In this document: positions 45,234-54,968 of the stretch, one piece after another
How the letters are laid out: every line of letters starts with the position of its first letter
How positions within the stretch are numbered: position 1 is the first letter of the stretch
From: Diplonema japonicum
Lineage: Eukaryota; Protista; Euglenozoa: Diplonemea
Assembly: GCA_964019335.1 (NCBI GenBank)
Contig: OZ025665.1
Location: 248,001-312,000 of the forward strand
Direction: 5' to 3'
Length of the DNA: 64,000 nucleotides
Made by a program: the position numbers and the translations under genes
The notes under the pieces: model-generated
Databases searched by the model: none
The model's input: the letters and a program-made list of their open reading frames with translations, nothing else
Told to the model about the DNA's origin: nothing

Positions 45234-46554
45234 AATAATAATAATTATTCCACTACCAGGCGGGGGGGATGGGGGGCGGAGAAAGTTGAAACCATAAAAA
45301 TTGGGAAGGGAAGGTTAAAAACAGTCTCTCTTACTGAGCCATATCGGGGGGGACCTCTTGCTCGTTTGCTCGACCTCTTGTATATTTTCCTGGGGCCCCC
45401 GACATCCACCTTTCTTATTTTTTCCCCATTCCCCCGCCACGCAGCTCTTGGGCCTCGAAGGCTTCGGCTGTCACCAAATAAAGACAACCCCAAATATTAA
45501 AGGGCGGCGATGAGATCCCTAATTTTGATTTATCCAGCCACAGGGACCCCACCATCTGCTGGTTTTGTTGGGCTGTGGGAGCCTAAAATATAAATTTGAA
45601 AAGGAAATGTAAAAGGAAAAGTCAAGTTCAGAACTCAACTTCCACAAAGAAGGGAGGAATGCATAACTAGAAAAGGAGCCTGGTAGGGAAAATAAAAAGA
45701 AAGGGAAACCAATGGGGGAGGGGGAAAAAGAATTACTGGTTACTATTTCTAAAAAAAAAAACCCCCTTCTCAGCTGCGAAAGATGTTTTTCCAACGAGAC
45801 TCCCTATCGCGTAATGACGCGGGCGCACCAGGTAGGCCGGCGAGTGCTGTGGAGTCAATCGTCAGCGGGGAGGAAGAGGTTGTGAGAGGCGAAGTAGAGG
45901 AGGGGGGCACGTTGGCAGATAACCCACCGGCCTTGGGCTTTCCCCGTGTGCGACAGGTCACACAATGGTGTTCCTTACACCCCTATGCGGTTCTGCCTGC
46001 CTACCCACCAGAAGTCGGACCTTCACCGAGAGACTGTGTCACACAATGGACTTACATCCCTTGAGGTGGTCCACCGTACTTGACGCCTCCGCTCCGCTTC
46101 TCTCTCCGCGGGAACCCAGCCTACAACTCTGGTGGCTGGAGGACCCACTTTGAAATCGAACCCCTCACGTGGAAAACACTGTTGCGCACTCTGGACATTT
46201 TGCATTAATCTTGTTTTCTGTCGGCAAACAGTGCTCCCCACGCTCAGGCCACTTCGCTCGGGCGTTCAGGTCAGCTTCCCCAGGAAAACCATCAAACGGC
46301 GTCTCCGGATCCGGTCCTCGTTCTGGCGTGCAGGAGGCTTCCCCAGGGGATGCCATCCAACACGGCGCTCCGGCTCCGGCCCTCGGCCGCCCAACGCAAC
46401 ACCGTTCCCCTGCTCCTCCTCTCGAGCTGCCTCTCAGCCGCGCAACCTTCACCACCTGCGCGTTGCCCAGGGACCACCACCGTGGAGGTGGGCAGCCACC
46501 ACACACACCGCGTTCGTCTACATGTTCATGTGTGTGTGTAATCGGACCCCGATC
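45234..46554 (-). mobile_element. Element E: non-coding, non-autonomous retroelement with a 5' HDV-like ribozyme and a C-type 3' UTR
   Basis: No RT ORF. 45234-45590 is homologous to the C 3' UTR (CAGTCTCT..TACTGAGCCAT; CTGCTGG..TTGTTGGGCT..GGGAGCC). It has a (TTA)n tail and is flanked by the GGACCTTTTT duplication. Confidence 0.8.
46425..46550 (-). ncRNA. HDV-like self-cleaving ribozyme (5' end of element E)
   Basis: Minus strand: P1 GGGGTCC/GGTCCCT (one U-U mismatch), J1/2 hairpin ACACACAC/GTGTGTGT, P2 GGCTGCC/GGCAGCT, P3 ACC/GGT, L3 TCCACGGT, GG-GCAA, P4 CGCGCA/TGCGCG, J4/2 G-C-TGA with catalytic C at 46437. Confidence 0.82.
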
Positions 46555-46559
46555 GGACC

Positions 46560-47222
46560 TTTTTTTTCAAAATACCAATAGGTGCCACCATGGGGAGCAA
46601 CACCTGGGAAGGGGAAAGGTGAAGGGAAGCATGGAAATATTACAGGGAGGGCGAAGACCAGTTCTTCTGCAATCAGATGGAGCTGTGGACTCCGCCAACC
46701 CGTGCACCTGTTTGGAACAGCCGAAGAGGGCTGAATTACTTTAATTCCAAGCCGCGTAGACCTACGTGACTCGGACGGGGACCTTGACCCCAGTTCGTCG
46801 TTTTTCTCAACTGGGACCTCTGGTGACCGGAACTGGCCCCGGTCGCCCCCTCGAGAGGGATTTGCTCCATTGAGCGAAACATGAAAGGGTGAGAGTAAAA
46901 TCTCTCAAAATCAAAAGGGGAAGCGAGTGTGCGTGTGCGCATGGGGATGATAGGGGAAGCATTTGCTCTCCCCGCTGCACTCCGGCTGGCGGGGGGAGGG
47001 GATGGCCGTACCACACTCGTTCGTGCGAAGATGAGAGGACTCATCTTCGCAACTTCAGAGTAGGCCGGGCCATCCGTTTTTGACTACAATGTCAGGGCAC
47101 ACGATAACAAGAGGATGTTAATTTTAAAAATTTAAAAGTTTAAAGGGGGACGGGCATACTGGTAAGAGAAAGGCCAGACGCCGGATGATGATAAAGAAAA
47201 GGATGAGAGGGAGTGGAAGAGA
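46560..47222 (-). mobile_element. Family A' 3' UTR-only truncated copy
   Basis: Nearly identical to 49104-49773; ends TATTGGTATTTTG(A)n; bounded by GGACCTTTTT copies at 46555 and 47225. Confidence 0.88.
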
Positions 47223-47229
47223 GGGGACC

Positions 47230-48891
47230 TTTTTTAATAATAATAATAATAAATATTCCACTACCAGGCGGGAGGATCGAAGGGGAGTAGAGAAAACCAT
47301 TCAAGGGAAAGGGAAAGGGAAAGGTCTCAGACGCATGAGCTGGACTTCCCCTTTCCTGGAGGACAGTCGCTTGAGGGTGTGGTACCTTCCTCCTGTTACC
47401 TCTCTGTACTTCTTGTCAGCACCGCTCTCTTCCCAGATCTCCTTTTTCTCCACAAGGATCCTCCTTCTTATGTGAGCTTTTGCCGTCCTGAAGTCAGTGA
47501 CCTGAACGTGGTCCCCTTTCTCGGTGTGTTCTTCCGCCGCCTCTGCCGCCGCCTTGTCAGCCTCCTCGTTTCCTTCTATTCCTACATGCGCTGGGATGTA
47601 CTGGAATATCACTTCCACGTTCCCTTCGCTGAGAAGTCTGATCCGGTGCCATATCCTCATTTCTTCCTCACCTTTTGCTTCTTGCGGTCCCTTCTGCATG
47701 GACCTGATGAGCGACTGCGAGTCTGAGAGGTACAACATTCTCAAGGTCTTCCTTCTGTGGGCGTTTGCCTTCATCAATTCCACACCCATTATGAGTCCCA
47801 AGTTCATGGCCCTTGTCTCTGCTCTGTAGGAACTGCAGTACTCGCCCGCCGTCCCTTTGAGCACGACGTCCTTCTTCTTCGTCTTCATCACTGCCGCACT
47901 GCCTCCTCTTCTGTTGTTTGGGGACGAGCCATCGGTGTAGAAATCTACGTCTCTGGGGATCCTTTCCATTGTCTTTCTTGCCACTTCTAGCCAGCGCTGT
48001 TTGTCGTCGGTCCGTCTGCTCTTCTCTACCAGTGTCGGTCTTAGGTCTAACTTCAAGTCCTCCCAGGGGGGTACCATCATCTTCTCTCTGAAATCACTGG
48101 GTCCAACCGGTGTACCCTGCCTTTCAGGTGTGTCCTGAGAGGAAGCTTCTTGTCTCATCTTCCCCGCCCAGGTGAGCGTGTCGTTCACCCCAGTCTGCGA
48201 TGCTACGTATCCTACTGTGTCCGGCTTCCTCATGTACTCCTCGTAAAGCATCATCGAATCTGTTTTGACTTCCGTTTCTACACCCTTCAAACCAGCTTCC
48301 ACCAGGGCAATGTTCTTCGATATTTTCCTCGGGAGGCCCGTGATGAATCTCGCTGCCGTGTCGTGTTGGTCCTTCAGCTCGTCGAGAAGGCCCTCCCTCA
48401 TCGCTGGTCCATAGACGCCAAGACCATACTTCGTTGTAGGGAAAACGTATGTCAGGTATATTGCCCTGAGCATATCCCTCCGCATGCCACCTCTTTTGTT
48501 GGACAGCCTAAACATGTAGCCCAAGCGCCTACGCGACTTGTTTAAGACTTCACCCACGTGAGCTTCAAAGGACGTGTCTGCGTCCAGTGTGACCCCCAGG
48601 TACTTCGCCCTGTCTACTTGTCCCAGCTTTGTTCCGTCCGAAATGACACTTTGAGGTTCCTTCTCGGTCTGCTCTGAGACCGTTGCTGCGAGAATCGCAG
48701 CTGCGCCCTTCTCCTCCACCCCCTTCGGCAGCGGACCGATGATCCAGTTGCCCTTCCGCACCTCGTCCTTCTTCTCCTTCTTCGAATACCAGATTGAGCT
48801 CTGGTACCGCCGCGGCGTCTTCGTCCACCTGCATCTGCAGGCTGTCCAGTGGGGGCCTCGTGGAGGCGTCCGCGTCGGTCTGCTGATCCAT
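47230..48891 (-). mobile_element. Family D non-LTR fragment (RT end + RNase H) joined to a C-type 3' terminus
   Basis: ORF 47301..48761 has KYLGVTLD, YTDGS, SDSQS and GNEEAD. The last ~60 nt match the C terminus at 30277-30340. Confidence 0.85.
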
Positions 48892-49015
48892 TTTTATAAA
48901 TTTTTATTAAAATTTATTATGTGATAGTGTATCAGACCCCCCACCTAGAAATTTCGTGGCACTTGCTACAATTCGAAATCACACTCTTACAAAGACCACG
49001 TTCAGTTTGAAAAAT

Positions 49016-49088
49016 TGGTCGTGACAGGGCTCGAACCTGGGACCGTTGGCTTATTAGACCAATGCTCTACCGACTGAGCTACACGACC
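49016..49088 (-). tRNA. tRNA-Ile(AAT)
   Basis: Minus strand GGTCGTGTAGCTCAGTCGGTAGAGCATTGGTCTAATAAGCCAACGGTCCCAGGTTCGAGCCCTGTCACGACCA, then a T-run. Confidence 0.95.
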
Positions 49089-49093
49089 GACAC

Positions 49094-50558
49094 TTTTTTT
49101 TTTCAAAATACCAATAGGTGCCACCATGGGGAGCAACACCTGGGAAGGGGAAAGGTGAAGGGAAGCATGGAAATATTACAGGGAGGGCGAAGACCAGTTC
49201 TTCTGCAATCAGATGGAGCTGTGGACTCCGCCAACCCGTGCACCTGTTTGGAACAGCCGAAGAGGGCTGAATTACTTTAATTCCAAGCCGCGTAGACCTA
49301 CGTGACTCGGACGGGGACCTTGACCCCAGTTCGTCGTTTTTCTCAACTGGGACCTCTGGTGACCGGAACTGGCCCCGGTCGCCCCCTCGAGAGGGATTTG
49401 CTCCATTGAGCGAAACATGAAAGGGTGAGAGTAAAATCTCTCAAAATCAAAGGGGAAGCGAGTGTGCGTGTGCGCATGGGGATGATAGGGGAAGCATCTG
49501 CTCTCCCCGCTGCACTCCGGCTGGCGGGGGGAGGGGATGGCCGTACCACACTCGTTCGTGCGAAGATGAGAGGACTCATCTTCGCAACTTCAGAGTAGGC
49601 CGGGTCATCCGTTTTTGACTACAATGTCAGGGCACACGATAACAAGAGGATGTTAATTTTAAAAAATTTTTAAAATTTTAAAAGTTTAAAGGGGGACGGG
49701 CATACTGGTAAGAGAAAGGCCAGACGCCGGATGATGATAAAGAAAAGGATGAGAGGGAGTGGAAGAGAGGGGAAGGGAACGTAAGCACTAAAAGAATTGA
49801 AATGTTGATCTCACCCTACTCACTTCAGCGCAACACGGGGGCCGCAGGGCCGGCGTCAAGGGAGACAGCCGGCGGGATGAACGAAGGGGCAGCGGTACCT
49901 GCCGTTGCCGCAGACGGCGACGTGAAGGCCCCGGATCTGGCCCAGTCAAGCAAGCCAGAGTCGGCGATGAGGGTGAATACCTGCGTCACGCGTTTTGACA
50001 GGCACTCCACCAGCGAGGGGCGTCCATTGGGAGCGTCGAGCGAACCCCGTCCAACCACAGCGCACCCCCCAACAACGTGCTCCCTGGACATCCGAGCTCC
50101 ACACGCTGGACAGCTGAGCTCAGCCTTCTTCCTGTTCGGTCCAGCCGCCTGCAGGAAGCCGAAGAAGAGAGCGGAGTGCCCTACCCTCAGCCGCGAGATG
50201 ACCGTCTCCGCTAGCCTGGGGAGGGACTGGGGGAAGCACGCCGCTCGGAGCCCCGTGGCCCTCGCGTACCTCGGGGCCACCTCCCCGACAATGACCGCAG
50301 ACCTCTGCTGAATCTGGCGACGGACCAGGGCCCTGACCGACCTGTAGTCGAGAGAGGGGCGAGTCAGCTCGCGCTTCGTGCCCTCCCCGGCCAGCCTGTC
50401 TGCCGCCTCGTTGCCAGGAACCCCGCAGTGGGACGGCACAAACTGGAGAATTACTGGTGCACCTTGTGCACGTGCCGCGGCCACCAGCAGTTCCCAGGTC
50501 TCGTGGTCGAGCCTCTCCCTCTGCCGCGAAGGACCTGCCCTCAGCTGATCAAGGAGGC
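49094..50558 (-). mobile_element. 5'-truncated family A' element 5 nt upstream of tRNA-Ile
   Basis: ORF 49825..~50558 (RNase H end, CPAC..H..C) is a diverged A homologue. Poly(A) tail; CAC(T)n is duplicated at 49091 and 50559. Confidence 0.9.
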
Positions 50559-50561
50559 CAC

Positions 50562-51551
50562 TTTTTTTTTTCCAAAATACCAATGCAGGGCCGCCATGGA
50601 GAGCAACACCTGAGAAAAGGGAAAAGAAGGTGAAGGGAAACCATGGGGAAATAGGGAGGGCAAAGGACCAGGCTTCTGCAAGCAGGAGGAGCCCTGGTCC
50701 CCCACCAACCCGTGCTCTGCTTTGGGACAGCCGAAGAGGGCTGAATTACATTATTCCCTCAGTCAAGTGAGAGAAAAACGGGGGCCTACCTTCCAGCTGG
50801 ATGTCCTTCTTTGGCTGGAACCTCCGGCGGAAAGCCCCCCAGGGAGGTATTGCTCCTATTGAGCGAATCATTGGTGAGTGTGAAAAATAAAAAAGGGGAA
50901 ATGGGAAACAGTGAGAGGAAGGGGAAGGAAGGGAAAGGAAAGTGGGAAACACAACATTCCATTTAACACACACACACGGGGCGATCCCTAGCGCAGCACG
51001 GGGGCCGCGGGACCGGCGTCAAGAGAGACCGGAGGAGGGGGCGGCACGTTTGAAGGTGCAGTGACGTCTGTAGACGCCAGGGATGATGGCGAGGTGAACA
51101 GTCCGGAGCGTGACCAGGCGAGCAGGCCAGACTCAACAATGAGGTCGTAGATCTGGGTCACGCGTCTCGACAGGGAGAACGCTAGGGAGGGAGTACCAGC
51201 AGGAGTGTCGATCGCCCCCCTCCCGATCACAGGGCACCCACCGACAACATGCTCCCTGGACATCGGCGCTGCGTGGCAGGCTGGAGCACACCCTTGTGCT
51301 TCCTGTTCGGGCCAGCGGTCTGCGGGAAGCCGAAGAAAAGGGCCGAATGACCAATCCGCAGCCGCGAGATGACCGTTTCAGCTTGTCTGGGGAAGCCAAG
51401 GGGGAAGTGCGCGGACCGAAGCTCGGTTGCCACCGCGTAGTTGTGGGCGAGGGATGTTATGAGCTCTGCGGACCTTCGCACCACCCACCGTCGCACCAAG
51501 GCCCTCACTGATCGGTAGTCAAGGGAGGGTCTGTCCTGCTTCCGCTTCGTT
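50562..51551 (-). mobile_element. 5'-truncated family A element, second in the tRNA-Ile stack
   Basis: Matches the A 3' end (58545-59528) with a few substitutions and a small deletion. Confidence 0.9.
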
Positions 51552-51769
51552 ATAAATAGTTGCCTCAGGGGCAGCAAGGGAGGACAAAGATGCAGAAAGG
51601 GAAACCTGGGGGTTTCTTCGCGCCGTTTGGTTGCCGTTTGCAGCCCAGGCCAGTATGTGGGTGGTCGTGGACCAGGCCCCCTGACGGCCTTACCTAAAAA
51701 AAATTCCCGGACGGAAAAATTCCCGGACGCCAAAAAAACTCGGACATTTTCCCGTCCGGGAGGGTACAG

Positions 51770-51892
51770 TATCCCATTCCTTTCCCGACCGTTAGATACA
51801 GGGAGACCTTTGGTCCACCTGTTCTGTCCCCCTAGCCTTTGCTTCACACGTCAGGTGGTTCATTTATTATTAGTTATTATTATTGTTAAAAA
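51770..51892 (+). mobile_element. Diverged B-type 3' terminus with a degenerate (TTA)n tail
   Basis: CGTTAGATACAGGGAGACC.TTGGTCCACCTGTTCTGTCCCC..AGCCTTTGCTTC.CACGTCAG..GTTCATTTATTATT matches 22654-22744. Confidence 0.8.
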
Positions 51893-52007
51893 TCTCCCCG
51901 GAAAAATTTAGGGCAAGAAGAAAGACAAGCACAAGGAGAAGGCAAAGCCGGAAGGGAACGGGGCCAGCACGCAGCTGGCCCAGTCCAAGGCCAGGGAGGA
52001 GCGGCGG

Positions 52008-54827
52008 GTGGAGAGGATGCTCCGCAGCGCTGGAGCAGCCGGGGAGCTGGGGCAGCTCCTGACGCCGGAGCACCGGGAGAAGATGACGGGGGTGGTCACC
52101 GTAATTGACCTCCTCACGCCCGACGCCGCCGCCGCTACAGCCGGCCCAGCGACACCTGTCGCCTCCACCCCGACCGGCTCCGTCAAAAGGCCGGTTTCGC
52201 CTGACGCCAGCGTCGCCACCCCGACCTCCAGCAAAAAAGCTAGGAGGAAGGCCGCCAGAGCCGCGCGCGCTGACGCTGCCGCCGAAGCCGCACACATAGC
52301 TGACGCCACACACCCCCTCGAAGCCGCACGCACTGCGGCCGACGTCGAACTCGCGGGAATCGCTGCTGATTTGGAAGCTGCACGCGAGTCGGCCGACGTG
52401 GTAGCTGCAGAAATAGCAGCTAAGATGAAGGCTGCGCAGGAGGTGGCTGATGCTGCTGTTGTCAAAATGGCAGCCGAGACGGAAGCTGCTCGCGTGGCTG
52501 GTGTGGAGGCTGCTCGCAGAGCAGTCGAGGCTGAGGAGAAGGCTCTGCGCAAGCGGTCTACTGCACGACTTGCGGCAGAGGAGAAGGAGGCTGCGCGTGC
52601 TGCGGCCGAGATGAAAGCAGCCGAGGAGAAGAAGGCTACAGCCGCAGCCGCTGCAGCCGAGAAGAAGAAAGCCGCAGCCGCCGCCGCCGCCGAGAAGAAG
52701 GCCGACGCCGAGAAGAAAGCAGCAGCCGCCGCCGCCGCCGAGGAGAAGGCCGCCGCCGAGGAGAAGGCCGCCGCCGAGGAGAAGGCCGCCGCCGAGAAGA
52801 AAGCCGCAGCCGCCGCCGCCGCCGCCGAGAAGAAGGCCGCAGCCGACGCCGCCAGGAAGAAAGCTGCAGCCGCCGCCGCCGCCGCCGCCGAGAAGGAGAC
52901 CGCAGCCGCAGCCGCCGCCGCCGAGGAGAAGAAGAAGGTCGCAGCCACCGCCGCCGCCGAAAAGGAAGCCGCCGCAGCCGCTGCCAAAAAGGAGGAAGCT
53001 TTGAGGTTGGCGGCCGCCAAGAAGGCAGATGCCCAGAAGGTCGAGGACGAAGCAGTCGCGAACGCTTCCGCCAACGCGTCAACAGACCAAGGCACGCTCC
53101 TCCTCAGCTCAGACTCTGACACCAGCTCTGGCCCTGAGGAGATGGAGGACGACCCTGCCCCTGCCCCTTCCACAACCCCGCAATGGGACCTGGTGCCAGA
53201 CACATGGGACGCCCCGATCTACACCAACGTGTCCCCCCCGACGGAAACATCCCGCGCTGTCATTGCGCTCGACGATCCCTCCGAAATGGGGGTCGTGTGC
53301 TCCGCGTTACCTACGGCATCCATCACCTTTGTCCTTATGACAGAGGTCCCCGGTGTCACCACCCCCAGCGAGATTGTCATGGTCTCTGGGTCGCGCGCAG
53401 TGAACAGGAGGGTCCACGTCTCCACGTTCGGGCTGGACCCCCCCACCTACACCCCGCCTTCCACCTTCAACAGCGGATCGGAGGTCGTCTACGTCTGTGT
53501 CAGTGCAGACAGCCTGAAGGAGGCGAAGGCCAGGGTCCTGGAGCTCGCCAAGGCTCAGGGCGCGGTGGTGGAGGATCGTGCGGTCTTCCGCCCAAGGAAG
53601 TTCGGTGAGGAGGAACCGCGGGCGAGGCACTGGACCCACGAGGTGGGACTGCGCCTGCAAGCAGCACACGTCCACGCCGTCCTGCGCCGGTCCGGGGACG
53701 GGTGCATAATGCGGACGACGGAGAGACGCGGGGGGTACGCTTATGTACCTATCGTGGCGGAAGGGAGGGCGGATGCCTTTCGGATTGCGGGGACGCTGGG
53801 TGGGTTGTCTCTCGGGGTGGCGCACCGTAAGGGATGGACTGTGCGGTGCCTACCGGAGACGGAACAGCGGCTCCGGAAGGCCCTCGCAAAACAGCGCACG
53901 AAGCGCAAGTTTTTGCTCACCGGGGCCCCGCCGTCCATCACCAGGGCGGCCTTCGACGAAGTGATGGACCACATCGGTTGGAAACCATCCTCCGTCCTGC
54001 GACGCACGCAGACGATGTTCCAGGGCACGAGGCAACTCGTGTTCTTCATCGTCGTCGACAGCCCGCCCCCGAAGTCCAGGACGTGGCTCCTTGGGGGGCG
54101 CCTTGTCTGCCTCCGTGATGCGGACGACCACCCGACCGTCAAGCCGCCCCCTCTCATCAACAGGACGACACCTGCATCTGCACCTGCGCTTGCAACGTCC
54201 TCGACCCCGGCACCCACATCTTCTCATGTACCTGCACCTGCGCCTACACCTGTACCTGACCCGGCACCTGTATCGGCGTCGACACCCTCGGGGACTGGCC
54301 CTGCGGTGAAAGCAACTGGGCTTCCTCCCACCAGCCCGTGGGCGTCCATACCGAGCTCGGTGGCTCCCCCCCAGCTCGACACTGTGACGTCCCCTACACC
54401 GCCCCGCAACGTGTCTGCGGGAAACAAGGAGGGGGTCCCTTCCGGGTCGCCTGAGGTCGCCGCTCTCACTGAGCTCGTCGCCACGCTGAAGGAGTCGATC
54501 GTCGGGCTGCAGAGGACGATCGACTCTCAGCAGGAGATGATCTCCGATCTGCGGACGACGCTCCGCCTCCTCCTGCCGCAGGCGGCCACGCTGACGACGG
54601 GAACGGCAGTGCCGCGGGACCCTACACCGGGGGCGACGACGACACACGACAGTGTCTGGAAAGGGAAGGGGAAGGGGAAGAAGGGGGCTCCTCCTCTCGC
54701 TACGACCTCTGAGGCTGCGGTGACGAACCTGGGTACGAGGGGGCGGGCCAGGTCGTTCGCGGAGACCAAAGATCTCTTCACCAATGGGGTCAAGGGGCGC
54801 TCTGCCTCCATGGGTCCATCCAATTGA
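52008..54827 (+). CDS. Family A ORF1 (Ala/Lys/Glu-rich helical repeat, conserved globular domain, Pro-rich linker, coiled coil)
   Basis: 939-aa ORF with AAAEEK repeats. The core WDLVPDTWD...HEVGLRL...RSGDG is shared with A2 and F. Confidence 0.85.
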   Translation: MERMLRSAGAAGELGQLLTPEHREKMTGVVTVIDLLTPDAAAATAGPATPVASTPTGSVKRPVSPDASVATPTSSKKARRKAARAARADAAAEAAHIADATHPLEAARTAADVELAGIAADLEAARESADVVAAEIAAKMKAAQEVADAAVVKMAAETEAARVAGVEAARRAVEAEEKALRKRSTARLAAEEKEAARAAAEMKAAEEKKATAAAAAAEKKKAAAAAAAEKKADAEKKAAAAAAAEEKAAAEEKAAAEEKAAAEKKAAAAAAAAEKKAAADAARKKAAAAAAAAAEKETAAAAAAAEEKKKVAATAAAEKEAAAAAAKKEEALRLAAAKKADAQKVEDEAVANASANASTDQGTLLLSSDSDTSSGPEEMEDDPAPAPSTTPQWDLVPDTWDAPIYTNVSPPTETSRAVIALDDPSEMGVVCSALPTASITFVLMTEVPGVTTPSEIVMVSGSRAVNRRVHVSTFGLDPPTYTPPSTFNSGSEVVYVCVSADSLKEAKARVLELAKAQGAVVEDRAVFRPRKFGEEEPRARHWTHEVGLRLQAAHVHAVLRRSGDGCIMRTTERRGGYAYVPIVAEGRADAFRIAGTLGGLSLGVAHRKGWTVRCLPETEQRLRKALAKQRTKRKFLLTGAPPSITRAAFDEVMDHIGWKPSSVLRRTQTMFQGTRQLVFFIVVDSPPPKSRTWLLGGRLVCLRDADDHPTVKPPPLINRTTPASAPALATSSTPAPTSSHVPAPAPTPVPDPAPVSASTPSGTGPAVKATGLPPTSPWASIPSSVAPPQLDTVTSPTPPRNVSAGNKEGVPSGSPEVAALTELVATLKESIVGLQRTIDSQQEMISDLRTTLRLLLPQAATLTTGTAVPRDPTPGATTTHDSVWKGKGKGKKGAPPLATTSEAAVTNLGTRGRARSFAETKDLFTNGVKGRSASMGPSN

Positions 54828-54968
54828 AGGGGCCCCGCAGAACAGGGGGAGCAGCAGATCTACGACCATGCTCCCTCTCCTAGTCTCCCTCGCATCCTCC
54901 CCAGGAGACTCCTACCTCTCTGTTTCTTCACCGACTTTTCTGCACTGATCCCCACCCTACTCGGGAGG

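Noticed and set aside
51908-53203. Long antisense ORFs (e.g. 51908..53203 -, 61444..62976 -, 40350..41048 +)
   Set aside because: Shadows of GC-rich, Ala-rich sense ORFs.
54825-54827. UGA reassigned to Trp or Sec
   Set aside because: UGA terminates the host sulfatase and TPR genes and B ORF2, and no convincing SECIS was seen.
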